Source: an uncultured Rhabdochlamydiaceae bacterium
GTDB taxonomy: Bacteria; Chlamydiota; Chlamydiia; Chlamydiales; Rhabdochlamydiaceae
Assembly (NCBI GenBank): GCA_963712275.1
Contig: CAVQHD010000001.1
Location: forward strand, 712,362 to 776,361
Direction of reading: 5' to 3'
DNA length: 64,000 bases
A model generated the notes under the pieces. The model made no database searches. It was not told the origin of the DNA and saw only the letters and a list, made by a program, of their open reading frames with translations. Shown in pieces: positions 52,044 to 61,137 of this stretch. The stretch's first letter is position 1. The number at the start of each line of letters is the position of its first letter. A program made the position numbers and the translations under genes.

Positions 52044-52605
52044 AAGCAAGAAACAAATTTTCTACCTCGATTAAATTGGCTGTTGGAATTGTGAGTTTTT
52101 GCCCTGGCAAGATCAGAATATAATTACGTATGACAATATAAAAAGGATGGATGAGCTGGCTGAAGAGGAGAATATATCCAATTTGGCGGATGTAACAGAC
52201 CGTATTTTTCGTGAAGAATTGAAGCTTTTCATAGAGCTGAAATAGCTTTATCAAAATCAAGAAAATCGCGAAGAAAAAAGAGTTCTGGACTAAATCAATT
52301 AAAAAACCAACTATTTTGAGATGCAGTGGTAAGTGATTGAGTGAAAGAGTGGAAAATTCGATATCCCGTTTTGTTATGACCAGCTGTCTAATCCACAGAT
52401 CATCATAAATCCAAAACATCGCAGTGGAAAGAAGAGAACAGAAAATTCCTATTATGCAGGCAAATTTCAATAATCGACTAAAAAGCTGGATTTTCTGACT
52501 ATTTTTCATAAACCTCTCTGAACAGCGCAAATTCTCCCCTAAGCTTAGAGGGAGCATCTTTTTTGGAGTATTATCGAAAGAAATGAATTTTTTATCAACA
52601 ATCAA
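52042..52605 (-). pseudogene. DUF2975-like membrane protein gene truncated by IS copy 2
   Basis: The stop codon TGA (52044-52042) is built from 1 flank nucleotide plus 2 IS nucleotides. The protein has 4 hydrophobic helices typical of DUF2975. The likely native start is the internal MKNSQKIQ. The partner XRE gene lies downstream beyond the IS. Confidence 0.65.
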
Positions 52606-52636
52606 TCATAAAGAGGTAGGAAAAAACGTTAGTTTT

Positions 52637-54799
52637 TCAGTTGTCAGTCCACCCTAAGACATTGCGAATGATAGACCAACGACGCTTTGAAGAGGTGGAT
52701 GAATCTGTTTTTCCCAAAACCCAAAGATTGAATTGCTGCTCTGAGAGGTGTTCAGTTTTCTTGAGATTCAGCCAAAGATTTAGATAACAGAGAAAGCGAT
52801 CTGCTTGCATTGCAATCGCATATCCGAAGGGATCTTTCGCGATCTCAGGTTCCGGGATAACAACTGTGAAGTTAGGATGAGCTAAGCTCCAAGCAATCGA
52901 TTGAAACTCCCCGCGAAGTAAAATGTCATTGGGGTATTTCTCAATATAATCGTGGTAATTTTCGATGACGGCAATTCTTGAGGCAGGCACAAGCGATCTT
53001 GCCAAGTGTTCATAAGAGGTTCCCCGAGAAACAACAAGCTTGATATGTGGATTTTCAAGAATAGAGTGGAGAGAAGTGTAATTCTTTTTAAATTTTTTAA
53101 GCATCGTAAACACGATGCGTGATTCAAGATAAGGATTGGAAAAACAAATCTTTCGAAGCCGATTTTCATTAATTGTGATCGATGACATCGCAATATCGTA
53201 AAGCCCTTGATTTAACTCCTCAGAGAGCGCGGAAATTTGCATGGGAATGAGTTCAAGGGTGCATCCCAAGTCTTTTGCAAGCGTGTAAGCAAAGGCCATG
53301 TCATATCCTACAAGCTGTCCAAATTCATTATAAAAGCAGAAAGGGATCGTTTCTGGATTATAGCCGACGCGAAGGATATTCGAAGCAAGAATCCTTTCAA
53401 AGGGATCGCCTGTTCGAGGAGGAGGAAGGGCTTCCTCTTTTGTATAGACCCGAACTTTAACAGGTAGATCAAGAGAGAGTTCGCAGATGCTCTTCGAAGG
53501 ATTTGTGATGGGAGGGAGCTTAATCCAATGTTTAAAAGCCCCAATAAAGGCAATCACAGGAATGAGAATAATCACTGTCTGTTTTAAAACTTTTCTCAGG
53601 GTCCATTTTAATAACCCATGGCAACTTAAGACAATCAAGAGGGAAAGGCTTGCTACTTCCATCACAGAAATCAGCGATTGGAATCCTGCTGTGAAGGGAA
53701 GAGTGGTCAAGAATAGATCGATTGCAACCAGAGGAAGTCCTAGAGAGTCGAGAAGAAAATTAAGAGAATTAATCCAAGATCCGACTCCAATGGCTCCTAA
53801 GCTTGTTAAGAAAGTTGTGAGGAAAAGCTGAATTTGAGCATTTCCAGCTAAAGTGATGTTGTAGAAAATAGCGATAAAAAAAATAAAAACAGCAATGAAA
53901 AGAGAGCCTAGCGGAAGGTTAAAAGTAATAGAGACGACTCCTTGGACTTGGTCTTTTAAGGAATCTTCTTTTTTGTAATAACGTTTCACTTCTTCCTGGA
54001 GAAGTTCGATCAAAAAGGGGAGCGTGACAATTACCAAATTTGTCGTGAAGGCTACTAACATGATCGGAGCTAAACTTTTAAGCCATTGTCCTGGTGGAAT
54101 AATCGTCGCCATTCCAACAATTCGGGGGACGACCCAGAAAACAAGTAGAGAAATTCCAAGAATATAAAGGATCAGATAGGTGCTAATCTGTTTAATCGTG
54201 AGCAATTGCATAGTGCCTACACGATCTGCAATAATTAAAAAAGTTCCGATGGGGGTGATTCGGCTAATCCATCCCGTCATTCGCGTAAGTGAACTTACGA
54301 GGGTATCTAGCATACCCATGAAATGCTCTTTTTCTTTCAGATGCATCAAGGCGATTCCAATAAACAGACTGAAGACAACGACGGCAGGGATAAGATTATT
54401 GGAGAGGGCCGTAAAAATATTATCGGGGATGAGAAGTTCTGCAAAGTTGATTGTGCTAGGTCGAATATTACTATAGGCAGAATAGGCGACTCCTTGAGAT
54501 TTTGGAAATAAATAAGCAGTGATGTAGATCATGGTGATATTAACAGCCCACATGCCGCTAATAAAAACGATCCCCTTTCGTAAGATATTTTTTGCTGTTA
54601 TAGAAGAAAGGCGGCCAATTCCATGCATCACAGCGCAGATTAAATAAGGAACTGCGGTGATTTTTAAGATCATAATGTAGGCATTTTCCCACAGAGTAAA
54701 GGCAGAGCAAAGGTCTCCAAGGAAAAGGCCCAAAAATATTCCAAGGAGCGTTGCAATGAGCATCTGTAAAGAAAGCGAATGTCGAAATAGGGAGGTCAT
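52637..54799 (-). CDS. Dicarboxylate/amino acid:cation symporter (DAACS) fused to a C-terminal family-3 solute-binding domain
   Basis: 720 aa. Residues 1 to about 420 are a polytopic SDF/GltP-like region. The C-terminal region of about 260 aa is SBP_bac_3-like (ILRVGYNPETIPFCFYNEFGQLVGYDMAFAYTLAKDLGC). Confidence 0.8.
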   Translation of the reverse strand: MTSLFRHSLSLQMLIATLLGIFLGLFLGDLCSAFTLWENAYIMILKITAVPYLICAVMHGIGRLSSITAKNILRKGIVFISGMWAVNITMIYITAYLFPKSQGVAYSAYSNIRPSTINFAELLIPDNIFTALSNNLIPAVVVFSLFIGIALMHLKEKEHFMGMLDTLVSSLTRMTGWISRITPIGTFLIIADRVGTMQLLTIKQISTYLILYILGISLLVFWVVPRIVGMATIIPPGQWLKSLAPIMLVAFTTNLVIVTLPFLIELLQEEVKRYYKKEDSLKDQVQGVVSITFNLPLGSLFIAVFIFFIAIFYNITLAGNAQIQLFLTTFLTSLGAIGVGSWINSLNFLLDSLGLPLVAIDLFLTTLPFTAGFQSLISVMEVASLSLLIVLSCHGLLKWTLRKVLKQTVIILIPVIAFIGAFKHWIKLPPITNPSKSICELSLDLPVKVRVYTKEEALPPPRTGDPFERILASNILRVGYNPETIPFCFYNEFGQLVGYDMAFAYTLAKDLGCTLELIPMQISALSEELNQGLYDIAMSSITINENRLRKICFSNPYLESRIVFTMLKKFKKNYTSLHSILENPHIKLVVSRGTSYEHLARSLVPASRIAVIENYHDYIEKYPNDILLRGEFQSIAWSLAHPNFTVVIPEPEIAKDPFGYAIAMQADRFLCYLNLWLNLKKTEHLSEQQFNLWVLGKTDSSTSSKRRWSIIRNVLGWTDN

Positions 54800-55418
54800 A
54801 GTTTAATAAAGTTTAATTGCCGCCAAGCTTCGTACAAAACAACTGCAGCGGCATTCGAAAGATTTAAGAGGGTGCTTGCAAGGTCAGGTTTCGTCGATTT
54901 TTGGGGCTTTTTGAGCCAATTTTCGCTTTGTTTGGTGGGGGTTATATCAACTTTCGTATATTACCCCCACCAAACAAAGCGAAAATTGGCCAAAAATCCT
55001 CCAAAAAGCGACGAAACCTGACCTTGCAAGCACCCTCTGAACACCGCGACCCTTCCATGGGAATCTTATAAAAAAGATTCGGCCATTTTTCATGAAAGCT
55101 CAAAGGAAGTCCTGCTGTCTCTGAGCCGAAAATTAAATGATCGTCTGGACTGAAGTCAATAGTTGTATAACATTTCGTCGCTTTTGAAGAGAAAAAATAG
55201 AATGGAGTTTTCAGCTGGTTAAGATAATTTTTGAAATGATCTTCCTGCCTGACCAAAACCCCTTCCCAGTAATCAAGCCCTGCCCGCTTCAGCCATCGAT
55301 CCGTGATTTTAAATCCTAGAGGAGGAACTAGCAGAAGGCATGCCCCTGTGCAAGCGCAGGTACGAACGATATTACCTGTATTTTGAGGAATTTGGGGCTC
55401 ATAGAGAACAATGTGCAA
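54796..55418 (-). pseudogene. trmL: tRNA (cytidine/uridine-2-prime-O)-methyltransferase TrmL (SpoU/SPOUT) gene split by a 170-bp palindromic element
   Basis: The 5-prime 127 codons (55418-55038) read MHIVLYEPQIPQNTGNIVRTCACTG...IPMEGSRCS. The 3-prime 23 codons plus stop (54867-54796) read LNLSNAAAVVLYEAWRQLNFIKL*. Joined, they give a 150-aa protein colinear with E. coli TrmL ([27 protein letters not shown]). As it stands, the frame runs into the element and stops at 54942. Confidence 0.8.
54868..55037. repeat. 170-bp nested palindromic element (family A, copy A4) inside trmL
   Basis: GAGGGTGCTTGCAAGGTCAGGTTTCGTCGATTTTTGGGGCTTTTTGAGCCAATTTTCGC...GCGAAAATTGGCCAAAAATCCTCCAAAAAGCGACGAAACCTGACCTTGCAAGCACCCTC. 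The termini resemble the IS-end motif. Confidence 0.85.
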
Positions 55419-55438
55419 GAGATAACCCCCCTAAATAG

Positions 55439-56206
55439 TTATCGAACGACCTTGGGCTCCTCAAAAGGGGATGCAATTTCAGGGTTCCCATTGGACTTAG
55501 GAGTAATGGGAGTCAAAGAGTCAAGAGCTTCTGGATGAGGTGCATTGGCTTGAACGACTTCAACTTCAAAGGTTAGAAGAGAATTCGGGGGTTGAACGCG
55601 AGTGCCATATCCTAGGTCAGGGTGAATGTAGAGAACTCTCTTTTCACCTTCTTTCATTCCTAAGAGTCCTTTGCTAAAGCCAGAGAGGGCTTCATCTAAG
55701 TTAATCATCTCTTCTTCTTTAGAAGAGTCGAAAGTTGAACCGTCGATAAATTTACCTACATATCGAATCAGAGGGGTTGAATTTTCACTGACGCAGGCTC
55801 CTTTCCCTTCTTGTGTGATACGGTATTGCAATTTCCCATTTTCTAGGCTGTGAATCTCTGAAGAGGTTTGATTTTTTACAAGGAACTCTTCTGCTTGTTT
55901 TAAATTTTGCTGAGCTGTTTCTTTAAATGCTGCTTCCTGCACAGCAGTGATTGCTTCAATACATTCCACTTCTGTCATCGGTGCTTCTTTGTGCGCGGCT
56001 GCATCTTGAAGTCCCTGAATGACTTTAGCGATATCGAGCTTCATGCCCATAGAGTCGAGGTTTTTCCCGAGAAGGTGTCCAAAGGCTTCAGAAATTTTTG
56101 CGACATCAGGCGCTGGTGGAGACGTTTCTTGAGCGGCTTCTTCAGCTGTCAAGTAACCTAAACTCAAGCAACATAGAAAGAAAAAAATCTTCTTCATACT
56201 TAACAC
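55439..56206 (-). CDS. mip: Mip-like FKBP-type peptidyl-prolyl cis-trans isomerase
   Basis: 255 aa with a signal peptide, an FKBP_N dimerisation helix and an FKBP_C domain (YVGKFIDGSTFDSS, RVLYIHPDLGYG). Confidence 0.9.
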   Translation of the reverse strand: MLSMKKIFFFLCCLSLGYLTAEEAAQETSPPAPDVAKISEAFGHLLGKNLDSMGMKLDIAKVIQGLQDAAAHKEAPMTEVECIEAITAVQEAAFKETAQQNLKQAEEFLVKNQTSSEIHSLENGKLQYRITQEGKGACVSENSTPLIRYVGKFIDGSTFDSSKEEEMINLDEALSGFSKGLLGMKEGEKRVLYIHPDLGYGTRVQPPNSLLTFEVEVVQANAPHPEALDSLTPITPKSNGNPEIASPFEEPKVVR

Positions 56207-56236
56207 CTCACCTTTAAAGCTACCTGTTTCTTGAGT

Positions 56237-58027
56237 TTATATCCAAGTGATTTCGACGGGATTTGCCCGAATTTCAAGTTCATCTAACTGTTTTTTTGAG
56301 ACTGTGGAAGGGGACTGCATCATTAAATCGCTCCCTTTCTGCGTCTTGGGAAAAGCAATCACATCGCGGATGTTTTCAGTCTCGCAAAGAAGCATCAAGA
56401 TCCGATCGAACCCTAGCGCGATTCCTAAATGAGGAGGGGTCCCATATTTAAGTGCCTCCACAAAGAATCCAAACTTTTCATGAATCTCTTCAGGATTTAA
56501 TTTTAAAATTTTAAAGATTTTTTCCTGGAGGTCTCCATTGTGAATCCGTTGCGATCCACCTCCGATTTCATAACCATTCAAGACAAGGTCGTAGGCAAGA
56601 GCCCGAACTTTAAGAGGGTCTTGGTCGAGCATCGTGAGATCCTCAGGATGAGGAGCTGTGAAGGGGTGGTGCTCGCTTTCGACACGAGATTCTTCGGTAT
56701 TCCATCGCATGAGGGGAAAATCGATGACCCATAAGAATTTCAAATCGCCTTGAGACACGAGATTTCGATCTTTAGCAACGGTTCGTCGTAAATGGTCAAG
56801 CCCTTGATTGACTCGCTCTTCAGGTCCCGATGCAAGTAACAAAAGATCGCCCTCTTCAAGCCCTGTTTGGGAGAACATTGCTTGCAACGACTCTTCGGAG
56901 AAAAATTTCGCTATACTCGAAGAAATCCCTTCTTTGGACCGTTTAATCCAAGCGAGCCCTTTGAGTCCAAACTGTGCCACAAATTCGGTATATTTTTCGA
57001 TTTCCTTGCGAGAAATTGAGCTTCCCCCTGTGACCTTGATCGATTTGACGCATCCCCCTGTCGCAAGTTGATCCAGAAAAATCGAGAAGGTTGAGTTTCT
57101 GGCAATTTCATCCAAGCGAATTAAAGGCATTCCAAAGCGGAGATCTGGGCGATCGGTGCCGTAAAATTCAAGGCACTGAGCATGCGACATGCGTGGAAAA
57201 GGGGTTGGAATTTCCAGATTCATGCATCTCTTAAAAAGACGAGCCATGAGCCCTTCCATTAAGGTCATTAAATCGTCCGGGATTCCAAAGCTGACTTCAA
57301 TATCGACCTGCGTAAATTCAGGTTGCCTGTCGGACCTTAAATCTTCGTCGCGGAAACAGGTCGCGAATTGAAAATACCGGTCCATTCCAGCTATCATTAG
57401 CAGTTGTTTGAAAATTTGGGGAGATTGGGGAAGAGCGTAAAAATTTCCAGGGTAAATACGCGAAGGCACAAGATAGTCGCGAGCTCCTTCCGGAGTCGAT
57501 TTCGCCAAAATGGGGGTTGAAATTTCAATGAACTGCAGATCGTACATGTAGCTTCGAATCGCGTGCATCGCTTCATGGCGCATCACGAGATTTTGGCAGA
57601 TCGATCCGCGGCGAATATCAAGATACCGGAATTTGAGCCTTAGCTCTTCATTCACATCGATGATCTCATCACTGACAGAAAAAGGAGGTGTTTTTGCGGA
57701 AGCTAAAATTTCAAGTTCTTCCACATTGATCTCGATCTCTCCTGTTGCTCGTCTGTTGTTAGCCATTCCTTCTGCGCGAGGCTTGACAGTTCCGCGTACT
57801 GAGATCACCCATTCTAACCTAATCCTTGAAGCTTTTTCATGAAGAGGGCCATTTAAATGAGGGTCGAACACAAGCTGTGTGATCCCAAATCGGTCACGCA
57901 AGTCGATAAAAATGAGCCCTCCTAAATCTCGCCGTTTGTGAACCCAACCGGAAAGGGTTACGCGAGTCCCTGCCATCGAGAGGTTAAGTTGTCCGCACGT
58001 GTGAGATCGTCTGTAATCAAATTTCAT
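56237..58027 (-). CDS. aspS: Aspartyl-tRNA synthetase
   Basis: 596 aa, class IIb, with an OB anticodon-binding domain, a GAD insertion, and motifs 2 and 3 (FRDEDLRSDRQPEFTQ, GIALGFDR). Confidence 0.97.
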   Translation of the reverse strand: MKFDYRRSHTCGQLNLSMAGTRVTLSGWVHKRRDLGGLIFIDLRDRFGITQLVFDPHLNGPLHEKASRIRLEWVISVRGTVKPRAEGMANNRRATGEIEINVEELEILASAKTPPFSVSDEIIDVNEELRLKFRYLDIRRGSICQNLVMRHEAMHAIRSYMYDLQFIEISTPILAKSTPEGARDYLVPSRIYPGNFYALPQSPQIFKQLLMIAGMDRYFQFATCFRDEDLRSDRQPEFTQVDIEVSFGIPDDLMTLMEGLMARLFKRCMNLEIPTPFPRMSHAQCLEFYGTDRPDLRFGMPLIRLDEIARNSTFSIFLDQLATGGCVKSIKVTGGSSISRKEIEKYTEFVAQFGLKGLAWIKRSKEGISSSIAKFFSEESLQAMFSQTGLEEGDLLLLASGPEERVNQGLDHLRRTVAKDRNLVSQGDLKFLWVIDFPLMRWNTEESRVESEHHPFTAPHPEDLTMLDQDPLKVRALAYDLVLNGYEIGGGSQRIHNGDLQEKIFKILKLNPEEIHEKFGFFVEALKYGTPPHLGIALGFDRILMLLCETENIRDVIAFPKTQKGSDLMMQSPSTVSKKQLDELEIRANPVEITWI

Positions 58028-59322
58028 GATCGCCTTTGTGCGTGATTTTGTAGAAAAGACTCGAGATCGGTCCAGCTGATTTGATGAGCCGATCGGGTTT
58101 CCATCTCTTTAACTTCAATTGTTTGCTGACCGAGTTCTTCATCCCCCACTACAACGCAAAAAGCAGCGCGGAGCGTATTTGCAAGTTGAAGCCCATGCTG
58201 GATCTTTTTGCCTGACAAATCAATCTCGACTTTCCATCCTTGGTGCCGCAAAGACAAGGTTTTCTGAAAACAAACTTCGAGCCCCTTCTCGCCTAAAGGG
58301 ATAAAGAAAAGATCAGGATGGGGAGCGGCGGGAAATGGGATCTTCTCGTTTTGCATCGTTTGCAAAATTCGCTCGATTCCCGTTGCAAACCCAACCGAAG
58401 GGAGGGAAGGGCCTCCAAGTGTTTTAAGAAGACCATCATATCTGCCTCCTCCTCCGATCGTATTCTGCGCTCCCAATTTCTCCGACATCACTTCAAACAC
58501 CGTTTTATTGTAATAATCGAGTCCTCGAACTAACTTGGGGTCAATCACATAGGGAATTCCAGAGGATCGAAGAAGAGATTGAACTTTTTCAAAATGGGCT
58601 TTCGATTCTTCCGAAAGAAATGCATGAATCGAAGGGACATCCTTAAGAAAGCTTTGGTCTTTAGGGTCTTTAGAATCGAGAATACGCAGGATGTTTTTTG
58701 AAAAGCGAACTTGACTATCTTCTGAGAGCGACTCGAAATGAGGTTTAAAATAAGTTGCGAGCGCTTGCCGATACGAGGCTCGCGAGGCCTCATCTCCCAC
58801 AGAATTGAGATGGACAACGAGATTTTTAAGACCAAGCCGTCGATACAGCTCGCAGAGCATATCGATCAGTTCGACATCTTGCTCTGCACTTCCAATCCCA
58901 ATGGCCTCTGCTCCAAATTGATGGTGCTGCCGGTACCTTCCTGCTTGAGGCCTTTCATAGCGAAACATCGGTCCAATGTAATAAAATTTGAAGAGACCCG
59001 CCGCTTGATGAAGGTGTTTTTCGACAAAAGCACGTATGACAGAGGCAGTCCCCTCAGGTCTCAGCGTCATTGAGCGGTCTGCTTTATCTAAAAAGGTGTA
59101 CATTTCCTTCAGCACGATATCGGAGCTATCGCCCACGCCTCGCTCAAATAGTTCTGTTCTCTCAAAGATCGGTGTCCGAATCTCTTTGAATCCATAGTCC
59201 GCCGCGCAATTGTGCATGACACTTTCGACATAGTGCCATCGATCAGAAGTCTTCCACAGATCTTCTTCTTTTGCCTCTTGAGGTAAAATATCAAAAAGCC
59301 CCTTAGGGATTGTATAGTCCAT
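58024..59322 (-). CDS. hisS: Histidyl-tRNA synthetase
   Basis: 432 aa, class IIa, with MFRYERPQAGRYRQHHQFG and GGGRYDGL. Confidence 0.97.
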   Translation of the reverse strand: MDYTIPKGLFDILPQEAKEEDLWKTSDRWHYVESVMHNCAADYGFKEIRTPIFERTELFERGVGDSSDIVLKEMYTFLDKADRSMTLRPEGTASVIRAFVEKHLHQAAGLFKFYYIGPMFRYERPQAGRYRQHHQFGAEAIGIGSAEQDVELIDMLCELYRRLGLKNLVVHLNSVGDEASRASYRQALATYFKPHFESLSEDSQVRFSKNILRILDSKDPKDQSFLKDVPSIHAFLSEESKAHFEKVQSLLRSSGIPYVIDPKLVRGLDYYNKTVFEVMSEKLGAQNTIGGGGRYDGLLKTLGGPSLPSVGFATGIERILQTMQNEKIPFPAAPHPDLFFIPLGEKGLEVCFQKTLSLRHQGWKVEIDLSGKKIQHGLQLANTLRAAFCVVVGDEELGQQTIEVKEMETRSAHQISWTDLESFLQNHAQRRS

Positions 59323-59716
59323 AAACCTCGTTGGAAGTGATATCTTTAGGAGTGAAATTGACAGGGTATGTCATATGGATCCTTAAACCTCATTTAAATC
59401 TTTATAGGATACAACTTAACGACTTATATCAGTAGTGTAAAAATTATTTTAATTTTATTTTAAAGTTAAGCTTAGCCTCAAGACAGGGGTGGGCAGAACT
59501 TGTTAATGAGGCCTGATTCCTATCAGCATCCTTTTTTACATTTATTGGTTCCAAAAAGTGTCATATTTCACACTTATTCGTACCAAAAAGTGTGAAACGT
59601 TCCTCACTTATTTCGCAAGTTGCTCACAATAAATTAGTTAAAATAAAGCGCGATTCTGTGAGGGAGGACCCACCCGAAAAGATGCACTGTTGACTTAAAA
59701 AGCACCCCAAAATCAA

Positions 59717-61129
59717 TTGACTTTGGGGTTTGAAGAAGGTACCATTTCTTCTTTGACTGGAAGGATGGGTTATTTTGTGAATTTACTCCAGATTTTAAAG
59801 CCGCCTGTATCGATCACACCCCTATCGAAAGAGGATGAAATTGAGGCCTCGTATAAGTACTGGCGCTGGCGGATCTTCTTCGGGATGTACATTGGGTATG
59901 TCTTCTACTATTTTTCCAGATACAGTTATGCAAGCATTAAGCCTCTTTTAATACAGGATTTAGGGTTTTCCAAAAGCGACTTGGGGATTCTCACGAGCGT
60001 TTTTGCGATTTCTTATGGGCTTAGTAAGTTTTTGAGTGGAATCCTCTCAGACCGTTCAAATCCGAGAATTTTCATGTCGGTTGGACTGGTCATCACGGGA
60101 ATTCTCAATATTATTTTTGGCTTTTCATCAGCGCCCCTTGTGCTCGCTCTTTTATGGGGCCTTAATGGATGGTTCCAAGGGTGGGGTTGGCCTCCTTGCG
60201 CTAAACTTTTAACGCATTGGTATGCACAGAAAGAGAGAGGGACCTGGTGGGGGATGCAAAACTCATCTCATAACGTTGGAGCAGCCCTCATTCCCATCAT
60301 TGTAGGATATGCCGCTCAGGCGCTTGGATGGCGGTATGGGATGTTTGTCCCAGGTCTTTTGAGTATTGGGGTGGGAGTTTTTATTTTCTTTGTTTTGCGT
60401 GATACTCCGGAAACCTTAGGGCTGCCGTCTATTGAAAAATTTAAAAATGATGCCGATGGCCACCGAGAGCACCAAGAGAAAGAAATTTCTTTAAAAGAGC
60501 TTCTTTTCAAATACATTCTCAATAATGCTTATCTTTGGGCGCTCGGAGTCTCCTATTTTTTTGTCTACTTCATTCGAGGGGCAATTAATGAGTGGTCCCC
60601 ACTCTTTCTCATGGAGACAAGAGGATATCAACTCGTCGCTGCAAATGCTGCAATGACATGGTTTGAAGTAGGAGGGCTGATTGGAAGCCTTGTGGCGGGA
60701 TGGGCATCGGATAAGATCTTCAGTGGGAAGAGAGGACCAATTAATGTCTTATTTTCTCTTGCTGTTGTCGGCGCTGTTAGCGCTCTTTGGCTTCTTCCTC
60801 CCACCAGCATGGTGGTTGATTATCTGCTCATTTTCATCATCGGCTTTTTAATTTTTGGCCCTCAAATGTTAATTGGCATGGTCGCTGTTGAATTATCCCA
60901 TAAAAAAGCGGCCGGTGGAGCCACCGGTTTTATCGGTTTTATTGCCTATTTAGGAATGGCAGGTGCAGGATACCCGCTCACTAAAATTATGGAATGGATG
61001 GGGTGGAGCGGCTTTTTTGTTGCAATTGCCTGCTGCGGAATCATCAGCGTGATACTACTCGCGCCTTTCTGGGGAATCAAGTCTAATCCTAAATTGGCCA
61101 TCCCTGAAGAAGAGCCTGCAAGGAGCTAA
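59717..61129 (+). CDS. uhpC: Hexose-phosphate transporter UhpC (MFS organophosphate:Pi antiporter family)
   Basis: 470 aa with 12 TM helices. The YKYWRWRIFFGMYIGYVFYYFSR start is typical of UhpC/UhpT/GlpT. The ORF-track start is a TTG, and the true start may be 16-20 codons downstream. Confidence 0.9.
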   Translation: MTLGFEEGTISSLTGRMGYFVNLLQILKPPVSITPLSKEDEIEASYKYWRWRIFFGMYIGYVFYYFSRYSYASIKPLLIQDLGFSKSDLGILTSVFAISYGLSKFLSGILSDRSNPRIFMSVGLVITGILNIIFGFSSAPLVLALLWGLNGWFQGWGWPPCAKLLTHWYAQKERGTWWGMQNSSHNVGAALIPIIVGYAAQALGWRYGMFVPGLLSIGVGVFIFFVLRDTPETLGLPSIEKFKNDADGHREHQEKEISLKELLFKYILNNAYLWALGVSYFFVYFIRGAINEWSPLFLMETRGYQLVAANAAMTWFEVGGLIGSLVAGWASDKIFSGKRGPINVLFSLAVVGAVSALWLLPPTSMVVDYLLIFIIGFLIFGPQMLIGMVAVELSHKKAAGGATGFIGFIAYLGMAGAGYPLTKIMEWMGWSGFFVAIACCGIISVILLAPFWGIKSNPKLAIPEEEPARS

Positions 61130-61137
61130 TTAACCAG

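Noticed and set aside
54868-55037. The trmL insert could be an intron, an intein-coding sequence or a translational bypass element.
   Set aside because: 170 bp is not a multiple of 3, so it cannot be an intein. I can see no group I or group II structural hallmarks. It belongs to a dispersed repeat family found mostly outside genes, and matching take-off and landing codons are absent. The pseudogene interpretation is retained, and RNA-level removal is left as a test.
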